The notes: generated by a model from the sequence alone, not told the origin. 64,000 nucleotides of DNA from Octopus bimaculoides (GCF_001194135.2 NC_069003.1:31233518-31297517); one strand, 5' to 3'. Positions 11,579-25,115 are shown, counted from the stretch's first letter. A program made the numbers and translations.

Positions 11579-13176
11579 TTTTCTTCATTCCACTGTGCCT
11601 AAGTAACAACACTTAATATCCATTTCACATGCCATGTATGATAACAGAGCATGGTGCTTAATGAGATGCCACTCCTTGTCATTCAGATTTACACACACCT
11701 TATGTAAATTTATACGTTTGTATCATTTATCACACATAACCATTTATATGTAATGTGGTTCAAAGCAGAATGGTGCCATCACCAAAACCAATAGATGGAA
11801 GACGAAACTGACCTTGGAAGTATTCTGTACTTAAAATTCAAATGTATATTCCTAAACAGTGCTTAGCATTTTGTGCAAATCAATATGTAATAATAGAATT
11901 TGTCTTCAAATTGTATGCTCCGATACTTTAATGATAATCTACCAAATTTAGCCAACTTTGGTTACAATGAAGAATATACTAAACTGATAAATGAAATATC
12001 ATTAATCAGATTTAATTACAGTTTTGGCCTGGAGATACTATGTTAACTAGAAGTCATTCTGACAATCAATATATTTATCTGCTTATATGCAATTAATAGA
12101 GGCAAATATCTTTGTTATACATGTATAATGATATCAAATCTTAATTATTATTCCTAATCTGTTATCAGCTTCATTTGAGATTTTCCTAGGAAGATTAATT
12201 TTAAGATATCTAATATAGGAGTGAATAATATTTTTTATGTTTTACACATACACACACACACAAACACACACACACACACAGATATGCATATGCATGTATG
12301 TATATGCATATATCTCTCTACCTACCTACCTACCTACCTACCTACCTACCTACCTACCTACCTACCTACCTAACTACTTATCTATTTATTTATCTATCTA
12401 TCTATCTATCTTCTCTCTCATATATATATATATATATATANNNNNNNNNNNNNNNNNNNNNNNNNNNNNNNNNNNNNNNNNNNNNNNNNNNNNNNNNNNN
12501 NNNNNNNNNNNNNNNNNNNNNNNNNNNNNNNNNNNNNNNNNNNNNNNNNNNNNNNNNNNNNNNNNNNNNNNNNNNNNNNNNNNNNNNNNNNNNNNNNNNN
12601 NNNNNNNNNNNNNNNNNNNNNNNNNNNNNNNNNNNNNNNNNNNNNNNNNNNNNNNNNNNNNNNNNNNNNNNNNNNNNNNNNNNNNNNNNNNNNNNNNNNN
12701 NNNNNNNNNNNNNNNNNNNNNNNNNNNNNNNNNNNNNNNNNNNNNNNNNNNNNNNNNNNNNNNNNNNNNNNNNNNNNNNNNNNNNNNNNNNNNNNNNNNN
12801 NNNNNNNNNNNNNNNNNNNNNNNNNNNNNNNNNNNNNNNNNNNNNNNNNNNNNNNNNNNNNNNNNNNNNNNNNNNNNNNNNNNNNNNNNNNNNNNNNNNN
12901 NNNNNNNNNNNNNNNNNNNNNNNNNNNNNNNNNNNNNNNNNNNNNNNNNNNNNNNNNNNNNNNNNNNNNNNNNNNNNNNNNNNNNNNNNNNNNNNNNNNN
13001 NNNNNNNNNNNNNNNNNNNNNNNNNNNNNNNNNNNNNNNNNNNNNNNNNNNNNNNNNNNNNNNNNNNNNNNNNNNNNNNNNNNNNNNNNNNNNNNNNATA
13101 TAGACATATATATATAGACATATATATATAGACATATATATATAGACATATATATATATAGGCATATATATATATA

Positions 13177-13221
<45 letters not shown>

Positions 13222-13647
13222 TTACATGTATATATGCACATATATATTATATATATATGAGCAATTTATGCTGGCATGTACTTAAGCTGATTGCCAACAA
13301 GCTGTCAATGAATCTAGCAACAACGCTGAGAATAAAAAAATAGTCCACAGTTTGGTGGAGAATGTTTACAACAATGTAATACTCCTCTTATTTTCGCGAA
13401 TTAATGCTAGTTTATGTGCTCTTTCAATGACTGCAAATCACTGCCTTGGTGATACAGAAGCATTAGATAAAGGCAAACAATAAAAACAGTGTTAACATGG
13501 GTTTTGAAAATGGTAAAAAGGATAATCACTCTACTGGGAACTATCAATTATGTCATGTTGCTTAGATAAATTAACTCACATCCAACAAAGAACATAAAAT
13601 ATAATCTAAAATATGCTTGGAAATAGTAAATAGGGAAAAGCTTATGA

Positions 13648-13985
13648 AGGCACTTGGCTCAGTGGTTAAAGTGTTGGGCACACAATCATGAGATAGTGAG
13701 TTTGATTCTGAGACTGGGCTGTATGTTGTGTTTTTGAGCAAGGCACTTTACTTTATGTTGCTTCAGTTCATTCAGCTTTAGAAATGAGTTTCAACACCAC
13801 TGATGCCAAGGTGTATCAGCCTTTGCCTTTCCCTTGGATGACATCAGTGGCATGGAGAGAGAGGCGAGGCTGGTATGCATGGGCAACTGCTGGTCTTCCA
13901 TAAACAACCTTGCCCGGACCTATGCCTCAGACAGGAACTTTCTAGGTGCATGGTTATTCATGACTGAAGGGGTTCTTCACCCTTT
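13648..13985 (+). mobile_element. Family E-like SINE with a distinct tail
   Basis: ggctcagtggttaaagtgttgg...tgtgtttttgagcaaggcacttt head and core. Confidence 0.65.
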
Positions 13986-14029
13986 TACACTGTAATCGGA
14001 CTGTTTATTCTCAGACAGGCTATTGATGC

Positions 14030-14950
14030 TGAAATACAAAAACTATTGAGTCAAGCTAGAAATGTCCATGAATTTCCTCAGTGACTGCGATGTAAACTTA
14101 AGATAAAAACTTGTTGGCAGAGGCTTAACTTTGATTCAAACAGCCTTTGAAAGTCCCTTCAATAGCATCTACAAACTATCAAATACCAAGGTCCCATCAT
14201 GGATCAAATGTGCATGAATGAGGATGGCAACACCTTGAGAATTGGAATGGTGCTTCTCACAACATATTCCTCGACTGACGATCTAGAACATACAACCAGA
14301 GAACTGTACTGCAACAGGTCAGTGAAAGAAAGGTTGAATACATACCTGCGAAAAAAGTCACATATGGCTATATTTCCAGGTTTCAAAGTGACAGTAACAT
14401 TGAGAACCAATGTAGACTATCTTGGAATAATAACCAAGATATTGGCTTTCACTTTGAAGGATATGCTTTTGCAATCCAGAAACAGGAAATAGCTACAAAA
14501 TATCTGATGCATAAAAGAGACAGAGATGCAGTTAAACCACAGAAAGATGAAAACCAATACAGGCTTTGTGGAATTAGTAACGAGATTGTCATCTACATCT
14601 TAAGTGACTCCCTGAAAATGTCCTCATAGTATTATCTACTTTGGAAACATGTTCCGGTTAGAACACAATATAATGGAATCTACAGAAAGGATAATCCTAA
14701 GAAGCTGCAATGATGTGAGAACATAACCACACATAATTTGAAAGAATACTGATGGAATGTCCTTGTCAAGACTTCAGTAAAATGCAAGCACAACATAGCA
14801 GACATAATCATATGAAAGAGAGCAAAGAAATTATGCAGAGTGGTTGAAAGCTGTTGCGCAACAGATGTCAACATGATGTTAAAGATTATTGAAAAAGAAA
14901 ACATTCATAATGAATTGATGAGAAATTTGTAATTATTCCTTCCAAAAATG
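14030..14950 (+). mobile_element. Degenerate R4/Dong-like REL-LINE (zinc knuckle plus REL endonuclease region)
   Basis: HFEGYAFAIQKQEIATKYL...YRLCGISNEIV..ILS, then EY*WNVLVKTSVKCKHNIADIII...ENIHNELMRNL; homologous to 35783-36580. Confidence 0.75.
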
Positions 14951-14968
14951 CTTTCATGATTTCATTGA

Positions 14969-15002
<34 letters not shown>

Positions 15003-15272
15003 TTTCTGCTATAAGCACAAGGGCTGAAATTTTGGGGAGGGGGCCAGTCGATTAGATCGACCTCAGTACGCAACTGGTACTTANNNNNNNNNNNNNNNNN
15101 NNNNNNNNNNNNNNNNNNNNNNNNNNNNNNNNNNNNNNNNNNNNNNNNNNNNNNNNNNNNNNNNNNNNNNNNNNNNNNNNNNNNNNNNNNNNNNNATATA
15201 TATATATATATAGGTATGGTGATGTGAACAGGAAAAATAGAACTCAAAAAAGAGTATATGTGTATTTTTTTA

Positions 15273-15360
15273 AATATTTAGCAGAAGTAACAGAGTTTGA
15301 TAAGTGCCAACACATAAAACTCTCATACCTTGAGCCACTCTGTTATTTCTGCTAAATATT
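15273..15360. mobile_element. Small MITE-like inverted-repeat element
   Basis: 23-bp arms aatatttagcagaagtaacagag (15273-15295) and ctctgttatttctgctaaatatt (15338-15360), 22/23 complementary. Confidence 0.55.
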
Positions 15361-16339
15361 AATTAATATGTGTGTGTGCATGTGTGTGTATAAAATACAC
15401 ACACACATATATAAATCAGAGAAGATAAGCTTTGTATGTGGCAGATACATACACCCACAGGCATATATACACATGCAAAGACATGCACACACTCACACAC
15501 ATACACACTCATGCACACACTCTCACATACACATACACACACGCACACGCACATTCATACACACATATACATGCATGCACATGTCTAGAAGATACAAATC
15601 GAAGACATAAAAGAAATACTTTGCATTTTTCCCATTCAGAAAGTCTGATGAAGTGTTTATATATTTATTTTATTTTTCTTGTAAGTTAATAGTTAATGCA
15701 TTCAATCTACAATGCTGACCATGTCTCTTTTTTTTTTTCCTCTAAAACACTTATTTCATATCTTTTAGTTTGTCTGCATTTTGTTTAAGAATTTTAATAC
15801 TTAAGAACTATATACATTTGGTAATAGAGACATACTTTTAGAGTTATGGCTTTAATGCAGAAGTAAGAAAAATGTCTTTTAACATAACATGATATTGACA
15901 TATAATATATGAATGCACTTAGGAATAAACAGAGAAAATTCTCCCATTTAAAAGAAAAAGAAAACTATGGCTGACAGCTGTAAGTTAATGATTTATATAA
16001 GTAGTATATTTAATATATAGTTATATTTATACAATTATATGTGTAAATATAGATAATAAACCATGCATTGGTTCTATGTAATATAGATATAGATTTAATT
16101 AATGTCTAAATATGTTCTATTGATACATAATTCAACAGAATCTGTTTGCTTTTCGATAAAAAATATTCCTAACAGTCAAACAAATAATTTTGAATATATT
16201 TATGATCTGAGAACAGTTCAGTGAAAGATGTAAGCTAGAGAAAGATTTCTATGATTGACAAGAATGAATAAATATATGAAGAGATTGATGAATTTAAGTA
16301 ACGAAGGATATAACTTATCCTTGTTTTAATGCTTTTATC

Positions 16340-16530
16340 CAGTGTCTTTTGATTTGCTTCAGTTGTTAGACTGTGGTCATGCTGGGGCATCACCTTTAAG
16401 AATTTTAGTCAAATGAATCGACCTCAGTGTTTATATTAATTTTGTTTAAGCCTGGTACTTGTTCTATCGGTCTCTTTTGCTGACCTGCTCAGTTAGAGGA
16501 CATGAACACACCAACACCAGTTGTCAAGTG
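16340..16530 (+). mobile_element. SINE-like repeat, family D
   Basis: cagttgttagactgtggtcatgctggggcatcacc...ctatcggtctcttttgctga...accaacaccagttgtcaag; recurs at 26245, 45090-45320, 51120 and 62960. Confidence 0.7.
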
Positions 16531-16789
16531 GTGGTGGTAGTGGTGGTGGTGGTGGTGCTGGTGCTGGTGGTGGAAGTCAAACATAGAATTAAGGTGGTGG
16601 GAGACAAACTCGTGCACACACACACACACTCACGAGTTCTTCTTACATAGAGCCAGCACGAGTGCTCCGTATGTGGCACCGGTGCAGGTGCTTTATATGT
16701 GGCACCAGCTTGGGTACTTTGTCTGTGGCACAGCACCAATACTTTTTTACATGGCACCAGCATGGGCGATTTTTATGTGGCAGTCTCCA

Positions 16790-17250
16790 TAATTCATTTT
16801 GTATTCTTCTCATTCAGTAATACTCTGCTCACAACCAAACCATTCTTCTTTCTGCATATCCCAGCCTTCTATACAACTCAGCATTCATTACCCAGGTATC
16901 ATACCCATAAATCGAAGCATGCACAATTCTACAGGTTTTCTAACTTCACACCGTTTCCATGATCCAATTCAACATTCCTTCCCTCCTCAGCTCCATCACA
17001 CATGAACATAATTACTCTAACTCATTTTTTCCCCCTCTAAACTTACTAAATTTGATGGGGGAAACCCATCAAAAGCCTTCCACAGATTAACAAACCCAAG
17101 AAACAACTCATTCCCTTTGTAAATTCTTCTGTGACAGCTTTGACAATAAAAATTGAATCAGGCATTCCTCTTCTTGCCATAACTATACATCTTAAAACTG
17201 GGATAGATAATATATTGCATGGTATACACCTGTAAAGCACAGCTCTCTCA
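16790..17250 (-). mobile_element. RTE LINE RT fragment, internally deleted
   Basis: VMARRGMPDSIFIVKAV (cf. GFMxRRGTTDAIFIVRQL), FVNLWKAFDG (cf. FVDLEKAFD) and YGYDTWVMNAELYRRL (cf. YGSETW). Confidence 0.65.
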
Positions 17251-17288
17251 TTAATCAAACATGTGTGTGTATACACACACATATATAT

Positions 17289-17298
17289 AGATCGGAAG
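17289..17298 (+). other. Probable Illumina adapter remnant at a contig end
   Basis: AGATCGGAAG immediately precedes the 10-N gap. Confidence 0.75.
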
Positions 17299-17734
17299 NN
17301 NNNNNNNNTATATATAAGTATATATATATATATATATATTGTTTTGGTTTACTTGCATTATGCTACAGCACATCACCAAATAAACTTTACACTGGTTTGC
17401 ATATATACCTCAGAACAGCAAGTTTGGTCCATTTTGAGGTGATTCCAGTGTAGAATAGTGATGAACTGAAAGACAGTGAAACACTGATATCCACCATTCT
17501 TGTTCATCTACAGGATGAGTTGTCTCACCTGGTCTGAGAAATTCAGCTTCTTTTTTTTTTTAACATTCAGCATCATGAAGAGACATTTCATAGAACACTA
17601 TCCCACATCTAATAAGTGTATAAACAAAACATAAACAATGTGACATTGATGAAACTGTGTAACAAATTGTTTTTACTTTTTTTACTTAGTAAATGTTATT
17701 TCCTAGTTGCTTCTGTCTAGGTATCAAAGGAAAT

Positions 17735-17877
17735 GACTACTATTTGCTCCAAACTTCGCTTTTGTCATCTGGACATCAACGTTTTGAAACTGACCTATTT
17801 CCCATTACATTTCAAGTAGACACAGCGCTGAGTTGCTGAAGCAGAAATAGCCGAGCAACGCCGGGTATCTCTGCTAG
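17735..17877 (+). mobile_element. Non-autonomous Helitron-type 3' terminus (5' boundary uncertain)
   Basis: ccgagcaacgccggg imperfect hairpin at 17851-17865, then a spacer, then CTAG (17874-17877) followed by T. Confidence 0.55.
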
Positions 17878-19117
17878 TATATATATTAATGATATTTGTA
17901 TACAAACTTAAAGCTTATGGCGATCACCATGCAATAACTAAGGTGTTTGCCATGAGCCTTAAGCTTATATAAAAACACCCATTATTATTGACAGGATTGT
18001 AAATCACAGCACTGTAATAAAAAACCATTCGCACTGAAAGCACATATATATATGTGTATGTACGTATATGTATGTATGTATATGTATGTATGTGTGTACA
18101 TATAATGATATATTGGGTAAGAAAGGTAATGAGAATAAAATATATTCTTTGAGTCATTAGACATCACTCTATTAGAATTAATTCTAATAGATTGAAATGC
18201 ATGTAAGTGTCTCCTTGTTCAAAGGCCAAATTGCCATTTGTTGCTTGGCTTTAAAATTATTTTCACCTTTATTTTAAGTTCTTCCCGAAAACTGTTTAGA
18301 AAAAGATAAATATTTTGTTTTCATCAACATTAGCATCATCATACTCATCATCATTATCACCACCACTACTGCCACCGTTGCCATCATCATCATTAACAGC
18401 AGCAGCAACAGCACCATCACTATCATCATCATCACCATCGTCATCGTCATCGTCGTTGTCGTCGTCGTCGTCGTCGTCGTCATCATCGTCATTGTTGTTG
18501 TTATTCTCTTTCTTGATGTCCAACCAAAAAAAACAGACAGATAAAAATATAAATCCTAAAATAATTCCATAAAACAAATCCAAAAAAATTTCAAAAAGTA
18601 AAGCGTATTTTACTAGAATGCAAAATTCAAATAATGAACTAAAGCCAGTAAAAAATCAAAAAAAAATCTAAATCTAAAAGAAAAAAAAAGAGTAAGAAAT
18701 TTGAAAATTAGCTATTTTTCAAGAATTTATCAAATTAACTGAAAAATAAGAAAATAGATTATCAAAAACTTCTTAGTTGTCACACAATAAACTTTTCTAC
18801 ATTGATCAAAATTATCAAGTTAGACGTTTGTAATATCACCAAAGTAGATCATGTTTTATTAAAGTGGAATTATTTCATGAGAATTCACAATAGAATTGCA
18901 ATCCGAAACAGAATAAGCATTGCCATTAAAGTTAATAAAGCCATAATTATATATATATATATGAGTGGCTGTGTGGTAAGTAGGTTGCTTATGAACCACA
19001 AGTAGCTTGCTTATGAATTGTGTGTTCTACTATAGCCTCTAGTCGATCAAAGCCTTGTGAGTGGATTTGGTAGACGGAAACTGAAAGAAGCCCATCGTAT
19101 ATATGTGTATATATATA

Positions 19118-19150
<33 letters not shown>

Positions 19151-19490
19151 ACAGTTATTAACATCCTCATAAAGATTTCATAAAAAAATTTTTTTAATAA
19201 TTCTTTTAAAATCATCTTTACACATCAAAAACTATATTAAGTAATCTTCATAGACTTTCAAATATATATATGTGTGTATATATATACAGAGAGAGAGAGA
19301 GAGAGATAGAAATATATATATGTATGTATATATATATATATATANNNNNNNNNNNNNNNNNNNNNNNNNNNNNNNNNNNNNNNNNNNNNNNNNNNNNNNN
19401 NNNNNNNNNNNNNNNNNNNNNNNNNNNNNNNNNNNNNNNNNNNNNNNNNNNNNNNNNNNNNNNCATTTACACAAATATATACAGACATAC

Positions 19491-19596
<106 letters not shown>

Positions 19597-19729
19597 TTAT
19601 ATATACATACATACATGCATGTGTGTAGGTCTGCACATGTCTGTTTTGTACATGAATGTTTCGGTAGGAGAAAGAACAATGTTTATCCATCATTTATCGA
19701 TTGTTCAAACAAGCATTGCAGCATAAATA

Positions 19730-19960
19730 CCATAAATATCCCAATGAGCATCGAAACAGTGCATAACCTTGCTTAACACCACTGTTCATTCATGGCTAAA
19801 ATGTATTTCCCTTTAATCTTTCTCCACTACCCAATACGGCTTAAAGCAGATCATAGACTTTCCATAAGAAAGCTTCTGCAGTTAACTGTTCCCTAAAGTG
19901 ACATTCAACAGCCTGCTTGTCATAAACCACTACTTCAAAGCATTCACTTTTACTTTACTA
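19730..19960 (-). mobile_element. Possible highly decayed RTE RT fragment
   Basis: NSGVKQGYAL resembles the RT motif NGVKQGCVL; the rest is weak. Confidence 0.35.
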
Positions 19961-20515
19961 TAATATAACCATCATATGTTGATGTCTTTCTGTCTTTCTG
20001 CTTTGCACATTCTAGTTAGCTCAGAGCTCTAGTTGTTTGTATATTGATGCTGGTGTTTCATTGATATTTTCCGAAACAGAATTTGTTGAATGAATGAATG
20101 AATGAACTGATTGAGCATATAAATCCGATGTGGGTAGTAGATGGACATCAGACTACTAATCCTGTAGTGTATTATTGCTGCTACTGTTACTACTACTACT
20201 ACTGCTGCTGCCACTACTATTACTACTATAGCTGTTGCTACATCTCCTATTACTACAGCTTCTACAATTACCACCACTATTTCTACAACTACTACTATTA
20301 CTAAAAAATCTTTTCTAGTATAGGCATAAGGCCTGAAATTTGGGGGAGGGGGATGAGTCAATTACATCGACCCCCAGTACTCAGTTGGTACTTAATTTAT
20401 TGACCCCGAAAGGATGAAAGATGAAGGTAAAACTACAACTTTGTTTTGTTTCCTTTTCATTTTGTAGTTTACTTTGTACCTCTTCGTATTATTCTGGCTT
20501 TACTCAGCTACATTC

Positions 20516-20562
<47 letters not shown>

Positions 20563-20917
20563 NNNNNNNNNNNNNNNNNNNNNNNNNNNNNNNNNNNNNN
20601 NNNNNNNNNNNNNNNNNNNNNNNNNNNNNNNNNNNNNNNNNNNNNNNNNNNNNNNNNNNNNNNNNNNNNNNNNNNNNNNNNNNNNNNNNNNNNNNNNNNN
20701 NNNNNNNNNNNNNNNNNNNNNNNNNNNNNNNNNNNNNNNNNNNNNNNNNNNNNNNNNNNNNNNNNNNNNNNNNNNNNNNNNNNNNNNNNNNNNNNNNNNN
20801 NNNNNNNNNNNNNNNNNNGTTAAATGACTCTTTTATTTAAACCTAATTTAGATTTTTTTGCAGTGAAATCTCCTGCTATATTGGTAACGATTACATAGTT
20901 TTCTATGAAAAATTATA

Positions 20918-20953
<36 letters not shown>

Positions 20954-20965
20954 AGTTTTCTATGA

Positions 20966-21002
<37 letters not shown>

Positions 21003-21006
21003 TATC

Positions 21007-21131
21007 CAGGGTGTCCACAAGGTCTGGGTATATAGAGTAAATAAAATCATAACATAAACAATTGAATATAAGAAATAATAATTTCTTAAAGTATGTTAAC
21101 CCCCATGTACCCAGATTTTGCGGACACCCTG
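21007..21131. mobile_element. Tc1/mariner-derived MITE
   Basis: TIRs cagggtgtccacaaggtctgggta / tacccagattttgcggacaccctg, with TA on the right. The left 80 nt match the reverse complement of 34270-34351. Confidence 0.75.
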
Positions 21132-21605
21132 TATATATATATATATGAAGATGTTGGCATGGAGATTGCCAAAATATACCGTGATATCCGGTTGTTATCA
21201 TAGGAATACTTGGGATAATAAAGAAAGGAACTGAGAAATTCAATTCATAAATATGCTACCAGGAAAACCATCCTTAAAGGACATACAAAAAATTAAGCCT
21301 TAATGGGCCCAGCACACTTTTTATATAGAGCAGTATCACCATAAAATTTCATGGATCTTTAGAATTCTTTTTATTGAGCACTCACATGCACAATTTTTGA
21401 TATATTTTTTATTTTTTTTATTTTATATCTGTTTCATTCATTTTCATCCAGTCCTAACACTTCTCAATATCGTACGATCACCAAATGCATTAAGAGTCTC
21501 ATATCCATTATGTACCTCATGTATCTGGGTGGTGCCTAAGGGATAATGTGCAAATGCAGCAGTTATCAAGAAGAAAGATATGTTTTCATCATCATCATTA
21601 TCATT

Positions 21606-21645
<40 letters not shown>

Positions 21646-21653
21646 GAATAATG

Positions 21654-21693
<40 letters not shown>

Positions 21694-22739
21694 GGAATTT
21701 CCTTTCCTTTTTCCCCCTTCATTTTATTTGTTTACTTTCTATTTCTTATTTTTTCCTTTTTCCTCTCTGTCTTTCCCTTTTTCTTTATCACATGATTCTG
21801 TAAATGAACAATCTGGTTTGTATGTGTTAATGGCCTACCAATGTATACAGTACATTTCTCTGCCCTAGGTGTCAGGAAGATACTCGCCAAGAAATGGAAA
21901 CAGAATTGAAAGAAGATGCTAATGAAAATAATAATAATAATAATAATAATAAGTTGCAACTTTCTTTATGAATAAAGGTAGGGAGAAGATAAAGAAATAA
22001 TACTGCAATGAACTATAAATCAGAAAGATAAGGGAAATCCTGAATTAAGCATTGTAAATGAAGTTTATGAAATAAATTTATATAAAAGAATAACATTGAG
22101 AAAAATAGAGAAATAAATTGAAAGAATTGTGAGTTAGGAATTAGGAAATGCATGCAGAGATTTAGAATGTTAGTGATTAAAAAAATTAAGTTTAATATTG
22201 TAAAGGTATAATGTAATTGATCAAATGGTTGAAGATAAATAAATAAAAATTAAAAGATTTAAAAAGTTCAACTCAAAATTTAAAATATAAAATCTGTTTT
22301 TATAGAATTTAAGATATTTAAAGGAATTGAAAACTTTAAATCTAGAAACTTATAAACTAAAAATTTGAAAAACTTATAAAATCAAAGTAAAGTGAAAGAA
22401 AAATTAAAATAGAAATATTTGGAGAATATGAAAAACAAAATAATTAACAAAATTATTAAAAACAAAAGAAAAAATATAGGAATTGAAATATTAATAGAAT
22501 TAAACAAGTTTTAAAATCATAGATCAATAATGATAATAATTGAAATAGTATTAAATTTTACTATAAAAATTATGAATGATAATTATGTGAAACAAGAGTT
22601 AATTAAGGCTAATGAAGGATTAATAATTAATAATTAATTATTTCTGGGGTTAGGAAATGGGGCAGATGAAATAAGGACGAAAGCATAAGGCTGGAAGATA
22701 AAATTATCCTCTTAAAAAATTTACTAGCTTATTGCAATT

Positions 22740-23720
22740 GATCCAAAAGCTCTATTATACTTGTCAGCATGTAATTAATTATATATTACATGTATTTATT
22801 AGACTCTTTTTATGCCTCAACATCTTTAATGCTTCTAATGAATATAGATTACATTCGCTTCCACCACCCTTGAATGGAAATGGCATTTTAAGCATGGACC
22901 AAGATATTTCATTGTCTAGTTTCTCTTTCTGAAATCCCATACTAATTCAGCCAGTGACCTAGTATATTGTTTATGTAGTTTCTTAAAATAAATGAATGTA
23001 GTTATATACTCTATGTCAAAAGAAGGTGGTTGTAGCTCCAATATATAATGAAAACTTGTGCCGTGTCTAGAAACAGAGCACTTATAAATCAACTTTTCTC
23101 TTTTGTTAGTATGCCAGGCAAAATGCTTAGCAGCATTTCATCCATCTGTATGTCCTGAGTTCAATGTCGTCAAGGTTGACTTTGCATTTCATCTTTTCAC
23201 AGTTGATAAATTAAGTACCAGATGAGCAATGGGGTTGATGTCATTGACTTAACTCCTTCCACAAAATTGCTGGCCTTGTGACAAAATTTGAAAGTAATAC
23301 ATTCTGGAAGACTCAGAACTAGGTATGCTAACAACTGTTGCATTTCATCTTCCGAGAACACCTTCTCTTTTCAGGCAATGTGTATATATGTGTTCTCTTG
23401 TTAATATTTCCAAACATTATTCTATTCTATTTTTCACACTTTGTCAACAGGGAGTTTATTTATCTATCTATTTGAATGTGATAATCAATATGACATAACT
23501 GATAGTTTTCTGAAGATGGATGATGCTCATTCCCATTTTCAAAACCCATAATGGCATTCTTTGTATTGTTTTCCCTTTGGTTAATTCTTCTCTATCTCTA
23601 AGGTGGGTGTATGTAATCATTGAAAGGCCACATAAACAAGTATTAATTTGCCAAAACAAGATAATCATTATATCGTTGTGAATATTCTCCACTGATTTCG
23701 TTAATCACCATTGGACCCAG
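22740..23720 (-). mobile_element. Possible decayed Penelope-like 3' region, split by a family B SINE (23110-23295)
   Basis: EISWSMLKMPFPFKGGGSECNLYSLEAL resembles the PLE C-terminal KWSIL..A.PY..G...CNLCL.EK motif. The adjacent 21960-22700 tract is T-rich on the minus strand, like PLE 3' UTRs. Confidence 0.35.
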
Positions 23721-23776
23721 AACATTTCTGTTTTCATTTACATTATTAAAGTGTCTTTTTTTTTTAAGGAAGAGTT

Positions 23777-24005
23777 TTAACCCTTTCGTTACCAACCCGG
23801 CTGAAACCGGCTCTGGCTCTGTAGTACAAATATCTTGTTTTCATAAGTTTTGAATTAAAATCTTCCACCAAACCTTAGTCACAATTTATGTTCCTAACAT
23901 CCGCTGAATGATAACTAAGTTATTTTACTAAATTCTTTGTTATATTTAAAATAACTGAAGGAAACACAGAGTATCTCAAAATAAATTCAGTAACGAAAGG
24001 GTTAA
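23777..24005. mobile_element. piggyBac-type MITE
   Basis: TTAA TSDs (23777-23780, 24002-24005) and perfect 12-bp TIRs ccctttcgttac / gtaacgaaaggg; 221-bp element. Confidence 0.88.
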
Positions 24006-24739
24006 AAACAAAAAGGTCTTCTCTTGAAATATTTCATTGAGAATAGTTTTCAATATCTGTTGCTAAATTTATTGACAGCATGTTGACAGTCAGCTTAGGT
24101 ACATGCTGGCAAGGCAGTAGCAGGGCAACCAGCTTGATTGCTAGGCAGCATATTAGTGGGAGAGGTCTCCATTTTTGCTAGGAGGTCATGCCTGATCCAG
24201 GTTAGCTGTACATATATACATGTATATTTATGCAAGTTTGTATGTATGTGTGTATGAATGAACGTATGTATATACGTACATATGAGTGTATGTGTATTTC
24301 TCTCTCTATAAACACGCACACACATGTATATATATATATAAGTATATATACACATATGCACACATAATTATATATATATATATAGTTACACATAAACACA
24401 CATACACACACATATGCACACATGTGCACACACATTATAAATCTTTCGGATTTATTTTAAGTGCTTTTCACTGCAGAATTCAAACAAGCCACCAACAGAA
24501 TAACAAGGCTTTGGCTTAAGTGACGACAGCTACTGGAGTTTGTAGTTACCTGAATTGGTTTTTGTATACATAAATGCGTGCAAGGTGTGTGCATATGGAT
24601 AAACTTGCACTCGTTGGTGCGCATGTCACAAGACAACACAAGTGCATATGTTTCATTAGTGATCATGTGTATGCATGAATAGATATTGAATATGTGTACG
24701 TGACTATGTGCATATATTCACCCAAGTACCTCAAAAGGA

Positions 24740-25115
24740 GAAGCTTTGAAAAGTTTTATGAATTTTTATTGTTTTTCTGATCAATTGTATTTGAAGAATG
24801 TGAATCGGTCTATTCTGTTCTTTTTTGGATAACCCAAGAGTTTCCAAATTTCTCTGCATATCAGTTATGTAACGCAGGGCATCTATGATTAAAGGAACAA
24901 ATAAAAACCTGTAGCTTGGTTTAAAAGAGTTGTAGGTTCCTTATCAGTGATCAATAGATGTTTTTTTTTGCTCCATTTTTTTCAAAAGACATTCAAATCT
25001 ATTGAGTAACTGATCTCCACTACGATACACAACGTTAGTTCCCTCTAACATGCAAATCCTATCTGGCCTTTTATACTTACACTGCGTTCCTGTTTTATTG
25101 AAATATTCCACCAGT
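24740..25115 (-). mobile_element. R4/Dong-like REL endonuclease 3' fragment
   Basis: KEYWWNISIK...KYKRPD...CIVVEISYSIDLNV...SLIRNLQL...FLFVPLIIDALRYIT across frameshifts. Confidence 0.72.

Noticed and set aside
12237-13241. Long ORFs spanning N-gaps (also near 5034, 19345, 20563, 42332, 48133, 55517)
   Set aside because: Composed of X residues and (TA)n/(CA)n translations; artefacts.
17051-17073. 9-bp stem-loop resembling a terminator
   Set aside because: Sits inside an RTE fragment of a eukaryotic genome; plausible by chance.
18274-18583. Poly-Asp/Ser/Thr ORFs (also 21444-21868 and 31425-31709)
   Set aside because: Trinucleotide (CAT/GAT/TAA) microsatellites, with no splice or homology support.
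20897-20990. Short direct repeat agttttctatgaaaaatt(ata)n, and the 25-bp tandem at 39644-39693
   Set aside because: Ordinary slippage duplications; the first is next to a gap and may be an assembly stutter.
21960-22700. Very AT-rich, A-skewed tract as a mitochondrial control-region NUMT
   Set aside because: No recognisable mitochondrial gene or tRNA; better explained as low-complexity or PLE UTR sequence.
25070-25115. Strong minus-strand donor (cgcagt/gtaagt)
   Set aside because: Lies within the R4/Dong endonuclease relic (EYWWNISIK).
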